IMG/VR virus record: IMGVR_UViG_3300028797_000103
Coordinates: 87,685-151,684 of that record
Source: a virus
Lineage: Duplodnaviria > Heunggongvirae > Uroviricota > Caudoviricetes
Strand: one strand, 5' to 3'
Length of the DNA: 64,000 bases
The position numbers and the translations under genes are program-made. Positions within the stretch are counted from its first letter, which is position 1. Every line of letters begins with the position of its first letter. Shown here in pieces: positions 1 to 11,300 of the stretch. The notes under the pieces are model-generated. The model had not been told where the DNA came from. It did not search any database and saw only the letters and a program-made list of their open reading frames with translations.

Positions 1-828
1 TTTTCTGTGAAGAACCCAATCAGGGTGTGCATAGACATGGCTAATGGTCATATGGTCGACGCAATCAACACTGTAAAGGAAATAAAAGATGTTTACGGAG
101 ACAATTCGCTTGTTATGGCTGGTAACATTGCAAATCCAAAAACGTATGAACTGTACGAAAACGCAGGGTGCGATTATTTGAGAGTTGGAATTGGTGGCGG
201 TTCGGCTTGCTTGACAAGCTCCAACGGAGGCATACATTATCCATATTTCTCTCTTATAAAGGAACTTTATGAGGAGAAAGAGCGTCTTCGCGGAAAGTGC
301 AAAATCATAGCCGATGGCGGAATACGCGGGTTCGGTGATATACAGAAAGCTCTCATATACGCAGATGCCGTAATGATTGGCGGTTTGTTTAATAAGGCGA
401 TTGAGAGTTCTGCAAAAACGATGTATGGAAACTTCTTTTTCAATATACGTGGAAAGAAGATAATAAGACCATTAAAGACTCTTTTAATGTATGGTAGAGA
501 GGTTAGAAAAGCCGACTATTCTTGGGTTGTTGATCTCATAAAGAAAAACAAATTGAGTGTATGGAAAGAGTTTTATGGCATGTCAACTAAAAAAGCTCAG
601 GCTAATATAATAAATGCCAAGGCTCGTGTTGGAAATGAAGCAAGACGCGTATTCAAAACATCTGAGGGTCTTGTAAAATATCAGAAAGTAGAATATTCTA
701 TTGCCGGTTGGGTAAGAAACGAAATTGATTATTTGAGGAGTGCAATGAGTTATACAAACTCAAGAACGCTCGAAGAATATAAGAATTCGGAGTGGTATCC
801 AACAAATCAATTGAAATATAATAAGTAA
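1..828 (+). CDS. IMP dehydrogenase/GMP reductase family protein, C-terminal part (5' end lies outside the window)
   Basis: The open frame runs to window position 1. Motifs RVGIGGGSACLTS and IADGGIRGFGDIQKALIYADAVMIGGLF match the IMPDH/GuaC catalytic loop and nucleotide-binding region. Confidence 0.6.
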   Translation, partial: FSVKNPIRVCIDMANGHMVDAINTVKEIKDVYGDNSLVMAGNIANPKTYELYENAGCDYLRVGIGGGSACLTSSNGGIHYPYFSLIKELYEEKERLRGKCKIIADGGIRGFGDIQKALIYADAVMIGGLFNKAIESSAKTMYGNFFFNIRGKKIIRPLKTLLMYGREVRKADYSWVVDLIKKNKLSVWKEFYGMSTKKAQANIINAKARVGNEARRVFKTSEGLVKYQKVEYSIAGWVRNEIDYLRSAMSYTNSRTLEEYKNSEWYPTNQLKYNK

Positions 829-831
829 GAA

Positions 832-1227
832 ATGGCGAATATCAAAAAACTGTCAGACGAAGAATTCGAATACGATATAGTCAACAAGGAACTCGAAAAA
901 TACGGAGTTACCGTTGACGACATCAAGAAACTTCCGAGAATGCCGGAGGACAGATCCTTTGTTGATGATAGTGTAATATACTGGGAAAACTGGTTCCAGA
1001 AATATTCGTTTGATTCCTTTGAAGAATTCATTGCTTGGAAAGAATATTATTTCGAGAGATATAAGGATTGGCAACCAAAGAGAAAGTGGAGACGGTCAGA
1101 CGTTGAAGGATATTTTAACTGGCATAACATGCAGATTGGTTTGAGATATAATTATGACTTCGATGAACATATGAAAAGAAACAAAGAAATCGATATGTTC
1201 AAAAAGGTTTTTGGAAAGAACAAATAA
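832..1227 (+). CDS. hypothetical protein
   Basis: 131-aa ORF tightly packed after the upstream gene, with no recognisable motif. Confidence 0.4.
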   Translation: MANIKKLSDEEFEYDIVNKELEKYGVTVDDIKKLPRMPEDRSFVDDSVIYWENWFQKYSFDSFEEFIAWKEYYFERYKDWQPKRKWRRSDVEGYFNWHNMQIGLRYNYDFDEHMKRNKEIDMFKKVFGKNK

Positions 1228-1259
1228 AGTAGTAAAGAATAATTAAAAATTTTTAAGAA

Positions 1260-2459
1260 ATGGCTAACGTAATTTCAAGTGTATCAAACAAGATTGTTGA
1301 CGAAAACGGTAAAATCTACAATTCCATTCGTCAGCTCGCAAAGGAACTCGGCGTTTCGAGAAAGAGAATCAGCCGCTGTCTTAAACGTGACAACTATGTA
1401 AAGATAAACGGAATGACATATGTCCTCGAAACCTTCGGGTTTGCAACCCCGATTGTAAAAGAACCAACACTGTTCGACGACGTAGAAACCGAAGTTCCTG
1501 CTGCACCAAGAGTTATCGAGGTTGTGAAGCCGAGAGAAGACGAGAAGGAATATCAGGAGTTCAAGAAGATGAAGGAGGACATCAAGAGTGTCAACGATCT
1601 TCCTGTAACTGATTACGATTTCCATCTTGCAAACCATAAAAATGGCACGAGATATTGTGTCGCTTTGTTCAGCGATGTTCATCTTGAACAGACAATCGAA
1701 AAGGAATCTGTTCTCGGAAAGAACGAATACAACATAGACATTGCGGAAAAGAGGGTTCGCAACTATTTCAACAATCTGGTTCTTTGTCTCAAAGACGACC
1801 GTGTTGAGAATCTCATCTTCGCTTGTCTCGGAGATATAATAAACGGTCTCATTCATGAGTCATACCTTGCATCGAACTCTATGATGCCAATGGATGCGGT
1901 TATAAAAGGACAGAGTCTAATTTACAGCGGTCTTAAGTTCATTCTTAAGAACACCAAAATCAAGAAGCTTCTTTTTGTTGGCGTTATCGGAAATCACTCC
2001 AGAACAACAAAGAAGGTTTGGAGTTCAGGTGCATACAAGATGAGCTACGAATATCTTATGTATAAGAACATTGAAAGCTTCTGCAAGGCAGAGGGTCTTC
2101 CAATCGAGTTTGTTATTCCTAACTCTGATAAGGCAATCATCAATATGGAAGACGGAAACGTGTTCCTGTTCGAGCACGGTGATGCTGTTCGCAGCACCGG
2201 ACAGGGTGTTTGCGGAATATATCCGGCACTTGGAAGATATCGTCTTAAGACTCATGAGAACTTCGGGCAGACCAAACTTTTCATCGGTCATTATCATCAG
2301 TGCTGCCAGATGAAGGGTGTTGTTGTTAACGGAAGTATCGTCGGACAGGATAACTATGCGCTCCGCAACGGGTTTGCATATGAACCACCGGCACAGATGT
2401 ACGAGGTCTATGACTCCAAGATTGGTCTCTTGAATACAAGACAAATCTACTGCGACTAA
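1260..2459 (+). CDS. calcineurin-like metallophosphoesterase with N-terminal HTH-like segment
   Basis: Phosphoesterase motifs DVHL, GDIING, GNHS, EHGD and GHYH are present. The N-terminus (LAKELGVSRKRISRCLKR) is HTH-like. Confidence 0.6.
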   Translation: MANVISSVSNKIVDENGKIYNSIRQLAKELGVSRKRISRCLKRDNYVKINGMTYVLETFGFATPIVKEPTLFDDVETEVPAAPRVIEVVKPREDEKEYQEFKKMKEDIKSVNDLPVTDYDFHLANHKNGTRYCVALFSDVHLEQTIEKESVLGKNEYNIDIAEKRVRNYFNNLVLCLKDDRVENLIFACLGDIINGLIHESYLASNSMMPMDAVIKGQSLIYSGLKFILKNTKIKKLLFVGVIGNHSRTTKKVWSSGAYKMSYEYLMYKNIESFCKAEGLPIEFVIPNSDKAIINMEDGNVFLFEHGDAVRSTGQGVCGIYPALGRYRLKTHENFGQTKLFIGHYHQCCQMKGVVVNGSIVGQDNYALRNGFAYEPPAQMYEVYDSKIGLLNTRQIYCD

Positions 2460-2460
2460 T

Positions 2461-3195
2461 ATGGGAATGAAAATAGCATTTATGAGCGATCTTCACGGGT
2501 CGCTCATAGACTTTAAAGAAAAGGTTGATCTTGTTTGTATAGCCGGTGACATCGTTCCGCTTGAAATACAGAACGATGTGTTCAAATCTATAGCTTGGTT
2601 TAGCGGAAAGTTTGTTCCTTGGGCTGAAGGACTGGATTGTGCTAAAGTTATATTCATAGGTGGAAATCACGACTTCTTTTTACAGAGAATTGTAAACCAA
2701 TATTTTTCTGGAAGAAACATTGACTATTCTTTATATGAAAAAGAAAGCGCGGCGGCTGATGTGATAAAGGATAAATTGATGCTTCCGAAGAAAATTGTTT
2801 ATCTTCAGGATACAGTTTATAACTATAACCACAAAAAGATTTATGGAACACCGTGGATTCCGGAATTGAGCAGATGGGCGTTTTACAAGTCAAGCGAAGA
2901 CCTGAAAGAAGTGTTTGAAAAAATACCGGAAGACGTTGACGTCCTATTAACGCATAGTCCTGGAAAATATGTAAATGACACTGGTGTAAGTTTGCAGGAT
3001 TATAGACTTCCTGAATATGGGTCACAAGAATTGAGCGAAGCTGTATTCAAAAAGAAACCGAAATATTGGTTTTGCGGACACGTTCATTCTGGAAATCACA
3101 TTATGACAGAATATGGAGCAACGACGGTAGCAAACGTAAGCATAAAGGATGAAAACTATAGAGTTAGTTACGTCCCGCTTATAATTGAAATTTAA
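2461..3195 (+). CDS. calcineurin-like metallophosphoesterase
   Basis: Motifs SDLHG, GDIV, GGNHDF, THSPG and GHVHSGNH are present. The start overlaps the previous stop by 1 nt. Confidence 0.6.
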   Translation: MGMKIAFMSDLHGSLIDFKEKVDLVCIAGDIVPLEIQNDVFKSIAWFSGKFVPWAEGLDCAKVIFIGGNHDFFLQRIVNQYFSGRNIDYSLYEKESAAADVIKDKLMLPKKIVYLQDTVYNYNHKKIYGTPWIPELSRWAFYKSSEDLKEVFEKIPEDVDVLLTHSPGKYVNDTGVSLQDYRLPEYGSQELSEAVFKKKPKYWFCGHVHSGNHIMTEYGATTVANVSIKDENYRVSYVPLIIEI

Positions 3196-3201
3196 TTATT
3201 A

Positions 3202-3233
3202 AAGGCGTCTATAATAGACGCCTATTTTATTTT
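3202..3233. terminator. bidirectional rho-independent terminator between convergent genes
   Basis: Hairpin aggcgtcta-taa-tagacgcct followed by a T-run. Confidence 0.6.
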
Positions 3234-3323
3234 AAACAAACAGTGTAAAGTAAAAGGTGCTGGTGTGGATACAACCACCAATGGTGATGTCGCAGGCTTA
3301 GCCTTTTTGGGCTTGGATACATT

Positions 3324-5300
3324 TTATACTAATTTTGTCCAATCTATGGTTACTCCAAGCCCCTCCAAAACCTTTTGCAGAGAGTTCACCCGCGTCGTGG
3401 GATTAGTACCATCATAGCCGCCGACACCACAAATGTAAATCTCACCATTAGACGTAACTTCAAATGCATTCTTTCTATTTGTGCCAGATGTACCGATACC
3501 TATAGAATGACGTGTACTTGTGTTGGATTTATTGTATGAGCCTTCAGCATGTTCGGCTTCATTAGTAGTTCTTGTATGCACGCCTTCTGTATGAGAGCAC
3601 TGTCCATCTGCTTGTGTACCATTACCTTCTGCATGAGAGCACTGTCCATCTGCTTGTGTACCATTACCTTCTGCATGAGAGCACTGTCCATCTGCTTGTG
3701 TACCATTACCTTCTGCATGAGATGCAAATCTGGTTGCCTCTGTCTGATATCCTTCAGTATGAGATGATGCTCCACTTGCGGCTGTTTGATATCCTTCTGC
3801 ATGAGAATTATCACCACCTGCCGACGTGCCGTTTCCTTCAGCATGAGATGCAACACCAATTGCAGTAGTAGAGTAGCCTTCTGCATGTGCAGCTTGTGCA
3901 GATGCGGTTGTTCGTCCACCTTCTGAATGAGCTTGTATTGCACTCGCTATTGTACTATATCCTTCAGCATGACTTGCTCTCGCTAATGACTCAGAAGCCA
4001 CTCCCTCAGCATGACTTGCATTACCTTTTGCCAATGTTCCATTACCTTCAGCATGCGTAAACGCACCATCATTAGTGTTGGTGTGAATTGATTGTTTACT
4101 ACCTGTTCCAGCTCTTGTATTTGCACCTTCTGCGTGAGAAGTTACACCATCGGCTATAGTTCCAAGACCTTCTGCGTGTGATGCATATTGAGTTGCTTGC
4201 GTGCCTTTACCTTCAGCGTGTGATGAGTTACCGCTTGCAAGAGTTCCATTGCCCTCCGCGTGAGAAAAATATCCAGCCGTGTTTGTGTTATTTGGGTCTT
4301 TCTTCTCTCTGTTACCAGCTACTGTATTGATACCCTCAGCATGAGCTGCTTGACCAGATGCAATCGTGCCAAATCCTTCACTATGAGAAGAAATTGCACT
4401 GGCTGTTGTATTGTAACCTTCTGCATGGGATGCACGACCTAACGATTCAGAAGATATTCCCTCTGCATGGCTTGAATTACCTTTTGCTAAAGTGCCATTA
4501 CCTTCTGCGTGTGTGAATGTTCCTTCACTAGTATTGGTATGTGCTTCTTGTTTGCTACCTGTTCCAGCTCTTGTGTTTGCTCCTTCTGCATGGCTGGTGA
4601 TTCCACTGGCAATAGTGCTTAGTCCTTCAGCGTGAGCTGTGTATTGAGTGGCCTGTGTATCCCTTCCTTCAGTGTGCGAAGAATTACCACTTGCAAGAGT
4701 TCCGTTGCCTTCAGCATGAGAGAAGTCTCCGGGAGTGTTTGTGTTGTCGTGTTGTTTTTTATCTCCGTTGCCAGCTACTGTATTGATACCCTCAGCATGA
4801 GCTGCCACACCTTTAGCTAAAGTATTGTGACCTTCAGCGAAACTATTAACTCCTTCTGCTTTCGTATCTTCCCCAGTTGCTACGGCATTTTTTGCAGTGG
4901 CACTAGCCCCAGTATCTTTCTGCTGGACACTGTTATCACCGCTAGAACCTGTTTCAAATGGAGAAAATTGAAATTCTTTAGAAATGTCTACATAATCACT
5001 TTCTTGTGTTCCATCACCAGAATTGCACATATAAGTTTTATATATTCCGTCTCCTGTGTGGAATGTCAGTTTTATTCCGGCGTGTTTATGTATAACCGGA
5101 AGTTTTTCGATTGCTGTGGCTAGAGTGTATACGCTGGAATCAGTAGCCCCCGGATAAAGACGGTTTACATTGTATTCCGCTATATACTTGTCGAGAGTTT
5201 TTTCATTATCATCAACAACGGCAAAATGCTTTGTTCTTGGATATACGGAAGCGTCGTTATTTAACCTGTCCTTAAATTGTAGTATGTTGTTTTCGCTCAT
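3324..5300 (-). CDS. tail-fibre-like protein with tandem xHAEG(N/Y)xT repeats (paralog 1)
   Basis: 658 aa with about 35 SHAEG-type repeats. Its N-terminus and C-terminus (NAFEVTSNGEIYICGVGGYDG) are conserved with the ORFs at 17378-18994 and 21111-22013. Confidence 0.55.
   Translation of the reverse strand: MSENNILQFKDRLNNDASVYPRTKHFAVVDDNEKTLDKYIAEYNVNRLYPGATDSSVYTLATAIEKLPVIHKHAGIKLTFHTGDGIYKTYMCNSGDGTQESDYVDISKEFQFSPFETGSSGDNSVQQKDTGASATAKNAVATGEDTKAEGVNSFAEGHNTLAKGVAAHAEGINTVAGNGDKKQHDNTNTPGDFSHAEGNGTLASGNSSHTEGRDTQATQYTAHAEGLSTIASGITSHAEGANTRAGTGSKQEAHTNTSEGTFTHAEGNGTLAKGNSSHAEGISSESLGRASHAEGYNTTASAISSHSEGFGTIASGQAAHAEGINTVAGNREKKDPNNTNTAGYFSHAEGNGTLASGNSSHAEGKGTQATQYASHAEGLGTIADGVTSHAEGANTRAGTGSKQSIHTNTNDGAFTHAEGNGTLAKGNASHAEGVASESLARASHAEGYSTIASAIQAHSEGGRTTASAQAAHAEGYSTTAIGVASHAEGNGTSAGGDNSHAEGYQTAASGASSHTEGYQTEATRFASHAEGNGTQADGQCSHAEGNGTQADGQCSHAEGNGTQADGQCSHTEGVHTRTTNEAEHAEGSYNKSNTSTRHSIGIGTSGTNRKNAFEVTSNGEIYICGVGGYDGTNPTTRVNSLQKVLEGLGVTIDWTKLV
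3594..3722. repeat. three near-perfect 42-nt tandem DNA repeats inside the fibre gene
   Basis: The unit ...ctgtccatctgcttgtgtaccattaccttctgcatgagagca... occurs three times and encodes GNGTQADGQCSHAE three times. Confidence 0.8.
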
Positions 5301-5325
5301 TGTGTTTCAACTGTTTTTCTATTTA

Positions 5326-8300
5326 TTAGTACCAGTTCTGTTCGTATTGAACAGCTATTACATTGTTATTGCGTATTGAATCGTAGTTATCTGCATTAGT
5401 ACAGTTGTAGCAATATCCGCTTATGCCCTGTGACGATGAGTGGTCTATAGCTGAGAATGCAGCAGCCATATCAACTCTAGGCATGTTTCCATCAATCGTT
5501 GGACAGTCGTAGAACATTTTACCTGCGTATTTGAGTTTTCTATTTGTTGCGGAGCTTCCCGTTCTTAGGAACTGTTCGCTTACGCCTGTTATCTTTGTTC
5601 TTGAGAACGCACCGAATGCATTAACAAGTGATGTTAGTGAATTCTTGAACCAAGTGTTAGATATCGTTCCACCGAGACCTGGGTTGTAACAGAACATCTG
5701 CTGTATCGTTTCAAGTTTATACAACCCGTCGAATGTATTGTTTGATATAGGATAAGGTTGTGTCCATGTGTGGTTGTCAACGTTTGCTCTGAAACTATAT
5801 GTCAAACGGAACATAAACGATACATCAGCTACGGAAACTAGCTTTGAGAAGAATTCTGGGTGGACAAAGTAGTCAATGTTTTCGTATTTTGTTGGCTCGT
5901 TTAGTCCACAATCAAAGAACATTTCAGATATATTTGTTAATGTCGTGTATCTTCTGTCGCTCGTTTCTGTCCAGAACATATCCCATGGTATCTTTCCGGA
6001 AAGTTTGTTACAGTTTTTGAACATTGCTTTCGCCGTTGTCAATTTCACACACTCTGCAAGAAGACCGAGTTTTGGATTTTCAGGATCAATGTCTTCTGTT
6101 CCAACGTCTATACCAGTCATATTTTTACAGTTTTCGAACATGCTCGATGTGTTTATCAATGTACTTCTGCAAGAATCAAATAGTGTTGATTGCAATCTTC
6201 CAGTTATTCCTTCACAACCCTTAAAGCATGATGAAACGTTTTCCAATTTCTCACACCCGTCGAACACATCAAGTTCACTTGCATCTATATCCAAACTTGA
6301 ACAGCCGTTGAAGGCGTCGTACGCGTATACGAGTTTTGTCATTCCAGATAGAATGTCATTGCTAAATCCGGATATGCTAGTACAGCCTTTAAATAGTTCT
6401 GATGCATCTGTTATTTTTGTTTTTGAACCCTCAAAGAAATTTGGCATTACGCTGATGTTTAAACTTGTACATCCATTAAACAAACCCTTTACGTTGTTTA
6501 TGTTTGTGTGCGTACTGAACAAATCTTTCGTTACGGTTCCATCTTGTGTAGAGTAAGCAGTTAATGATGTACAATCTTTGAAAACTTGACTTACATTTTG
6601 AAGCAACGGCATTGTTTTAAATACATCAGGATTTATAAGTATAATTCCAACACAACCCTCAAACAATCCTCCTGAATTATATGATCCTCCTGTATAGGTC
6701 GACGTACTCTTATTTCCAATAGATGTAACTTTGCTTGCGCCAGCAAACAAATTTGCAGTTGGAACAAAAACAAGAGAGCTACAATTTGCAAACATTCCGC
6801 TCAAATTTGTAAGTTTGCTAAAGACTGTAGTTGTGTCTCCGGATGCTCTGAATATTGAGTTTTCCGTCAACGATTGTATTTTTGTTGATTTGAATGCGGC
6901 TGCTGCCGTCTCAAGTAAAGTGTTACTTGAGAAAAATCCTTCAGGAACGATTCCGGTTATTGATGTACAACCATTAAAAATACCGTCTATATTTTTTAGT
7001 TTTGTGTTACTTGCAAATATTTTTGCTATAACGTTGTCTGTTTTTGCTATAGTAATCTTTGTACATCCAGAGAACATTGCTGCTGCGTTTTCTAAGTCTG
7101 GGCAAGAATTAAATATTGTACTTGTTAAAGTGAAAACGAGATTCGTATCTCCACTGAACATCGCGTTCGCTGTTTTCAATTTTGGGAAGAACGTAAATAT
7201 GTTGGAAGGAATAGATGTTAATGTTGCACTGTTTCCACCAAATGCCGTACTAGCCGTTGTGCATTCTGACAACCCTGTAGACCCGCTTGAATTTTTAAAC
7301 GCGTTCGCATGAATCGATGTTATTCCAGCCCCCCAGAAACAGGATGACATCGAAGTAACTTTTTTACAATTTCCGAAAAAGTTTGCCGGTATAACCGTGT
7401 ATTCATCACCAGTTTTAGTCCCTTTCTTTGAATGACATAATGATGATATGTCTGTTAATGATTCTCCACAAGAATCAAGAAATCTTTTTATTTGAGCAAG
7501 AGGAACATCGTAACAAGAGTTGAATGCACTAGATAAGCTTGTACAATTTACAAAATTTAACACCAACCCGCTTGTGTCAGCCAACACATAACAATAAGCA
7601 AACATTGAGCTCGCGCTACCGTTACAAGTTAAGCTTCCAGAAACGCTTTGTAATTTGTTGCAGCTTCTGAATAAATTTGCGCAAGATCCTGTATAATTTA
7701 GATTAAGTATCTTTTCAATGTTGACGCAGTTATAGAAAGATAGAGATGTTAAAGATCCAAGGTTTAACATATCAACACCGTCGAATTCATTCGTATCGTA
7801 CGCAATGTTCTTTATGTTTGATTGTGACATTGAGAGCGTTCGTAGCGTATCTCCGATGTTGCTCGCGAACCTTATATTTTCTATAACTGAACCGGTTAAA
7901 ACAATTGTTTTAAGCCCGTCAATTGCACTAAGGTTTAGTGTTCTCAAACCGGCGCTTCTGTTATTATTAAAGTACAATTCTTCCAGAGATGAGCATCTGT
8001 CTATAACAAGGGTATCTATTCTTGAATTTGATTTCAATGAAATACTCTTTATAGAATCGCAGTCTGTTATATTAACAGTAACTATTGGAAGTTCATCAGC
8101 AACAATCGATGTCAATGAAGGACAGTTATCGATAACATAGCTTGAAATGTATTCACAACCGCTAACATCAACAGATGAAAGGAATTGACATGAACTCAAT
8201 CCTATACCAGTTATGTTTGAATTCTTTGCGCTAACTGTCTTGAGTGCTCCACCAACAGGGAACGCTATTGATGTGAGTTTTGTATCATCGAGATATACTT

Positions 8301-11300
8301 CCTTTAAGTTTTCGCAGTTAGAAAGGTTGAGCTGCGCACCAGACGCTTCCGTTCCCAAACGAGTGCATCCGTTGCAGTTCAAATATCTTAAGAATTTGTT
8401 CTTTAATAGGGATAGTGTTGTAAGTTTAACCGTTCCCGAAAGATCAAGTCTTGTCAATCTTGTTGCAGCACCAAGGATAAGTGATGACGGTTTTATTTCA
8501 GACAGGTTCTCAAACTCGCGTATTCCACCAGCACCGCTGATGAACATTTCCTTATTACCAGATGTTATTGGTATCTGGAAAAGAAGACCTTCCTTTATTT
8601 CCTGCGTATATGGGTCTCTATATCTTGAGTCTCGGCTGCAATATCCTTCAAGATCGGCTTCGTCCGTACCAACGGTTATTCTGACGTATTGTGGAGAATA
8701 TGTCTTAACACCAAGGAACACATATGTTCCTGTTGTTCCGGTAACGGCATCTGAACGAAAACCTATACTACCGTTCAACGAGTCCGTTTCGTTGTGGTAG
8801 TCGAACAATGTATCGCAATAAATGAGTCTGTTTTTCATCCAAGACTTGAACTTCTGAACGCGGTTTCCGTGCATACGAGAAATATATTCTCCGATATCTG
8901 ACAACTTATAGAATTTGGTTGTCATGTCTCTGTTGTAGTATGCTTCTCCTATAATATCAGAAGTATTCGCAAGATATTTTGCAGATATATTGTCTATTGA
9001 ATAAATTCCGTAATTTCTGATCTTTCCGTAAAGAGCATTGATTTCTGTTCTAAATGCAGTTGCAAATGCTATCCAGAATTTAGATGTTCTTGTGTTATAG
9101 CTCAAATATCTTTCCTTAGCGTTTGCCGCGATGTTATCGAAATATTTTCCAGCTATAGGAGTGTTGTTTATGTTCTTGAACGGGGAAAGGTCTTCTATCA
9201 GCTCAGCGTCTTCTTTTATTATTTCGAAACCTGTGTTATCCAATCCGGCTTGTGAGTCAAGGTCATATGGACGTGGTATCCAATGAAGCCCATCCCAAGT
9301 GTCCCACATAGAGTTCTTTCCGGCGTTGTCAACCTGACCGAACAACATCATCTGCAAGTAGTATATTGCGCAATATTCAAATATGAAATAATTAGAGAAT
9401 TCGTTCTTGAACGTTGTCAGGTTTTTGGATGCTTCAGAAACCCAGTCTATCATTCTTTTCAATCCCCAAGTTGAGTCTCCCCAGAACTCTTTTTCACCTT
9501 CTTCTATATCATCCCAGTCGTATCTCATTTCATAGTCTTGGGCGAAATATTCATACTCGTCCTTATAAGGAACTTCGTAATCTTCTTCTGCCAAGAGATA
9601 AAGATTGTTTGTCCCCTCACGCTTATATGGTGACTCTCCTTCGTAATTCTCAACGAATGGCGTATCTTGTCCAGCGTATGTTTCTATGAATGCGTCGAGG
9701 TCCATAGCTGGATAATTCTCGTCGACATATTGTTTTAGCGTAACCTCTGTTCCAAGATGAGAACGTTTCCATGCCTCATATTGCTCCTCGTGCGATGGAT
9801 ACCAATAATATTCTAACCAGAGGTTATATGCAGTCAAACAATAGTCGTCTCTATAAGCCGTAGCGCAGTAATCAGCAAAACTGTAGAAACATCCAGCTGA
9901 ATTTGATTTGTTTGCAACACCTTCAAAAGATTGCATTATGTTTGATACTCTCGGAGAAACTGGTCCCCATTCTTCAGGATCAAATTCACCGGCAGTCGTT
10001 TCATCAGCGGCTTCATAAACAGCGCCGTCATATGTACAACGCTCACCTTCTTCATATGATTTAGATGGATCATAATTTGGATATACTCCAGCAACAGCTC
10101 TTGGGTTATCAACTTGTATTTCTGTCTCTCCGTCTGTATCGTATTTTGCTGGAGCGTCAAATCCAAGAGATTTTCCGGATTTATCGATGTTGAACATATA
10201 TGTTCCAACATATACACCCTTATCAGTATCAGTGTCGTAATAATCAGCTTCACTTTCGTAGTATTTTACTATACAAGGGAACCCTTTGATTGCGTCGAAC
10301 ATTCCGTCTCGTCTAGCCGGGCTTCTGTGGTCATTTGCGGCTGTATATACTGTATGATCGCTGTTCCATCCTGTTGCGATGTCTCCAGTTTCAACAAGAG
10401 CATCAATCATATCATTATAGAACATACAGGTTGGAGTGTTGTTAAGGTGGGCGGCTTCCATGAAGTCACATTTTAAAGTAAATTTACTTTCCTTTTTCCA
10501 ACCGTCTTGAACTTTAACCTTATACTTATCTTTATAGTTCTCGTCTGTGTATAGTGTTATTTTATAGTTCTTTACTGGATATGCAAGCGAAGACGTTCCC
10601 TGTGTCTGAACGAAACAATGTGGCCACACAACACTATCTTCCCCAGGCTCTTTATATACTATTTTTGCGTGAGCATATCTTTTTTTCTGCTCAGCTTTAA
10701 TTTTCATCTTGTTCAGTTCTGAGAATGGAACAAGCTCTATATTATCTTTAATTTCTTTCGCCGTTCTTCCCTCGGTTGCGTTAATGTTAATGAACTCAAC
10801 TATTGGGAGAACATCGAGGTTTCTTCCGTTTATTCTCTCCTTTTCTTCATCTGTATAGTGAGAAACAATGTAATTGTTATTTACTTCAGATGCTCTAAGC
10901 GCTCTATTATAGAAACGAATAGCCTTTATTTCACACTGCCCGAAATAATCAATGTTGTTGTTTGTTGGATTTGTTGCAGAATTAAGAAGAACTGTAGGAG
11001 CAAAACTTTCGAATATCATTTCGTTCGTAAGTATTGCCGCTGTACACATTGAACCGTTTACGTATATCGTCATCAATCTCTCAGGAGCATAATCCTGAAC
11101 ATCTGAAACTTCGGTGTGAATTTGCTTATCGATGACAAATGTTGCGTGAATCCATTCGTCTTCCGAAACGTCATATTTTATTTGTGCTGATGTGTTACCA
11201 AGGCTCAAGGTGTCGTATGACGCTGAAAAACCGGCAGAGTTCGTTCCGTTTCCAATGTGCGACGTCATGACCTTGTTTTCTAGTTCACCTATACATCTTG

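Noticed and set aside
3594-3722. A possible CRISPR array, suggested by regularly spaced identical 42-nt repeats.
   Set aside because: The repeats are directly tandem with no spacers. They lie in frame inside a coding region and are translated as GNGTQADGQCSHAE three times.
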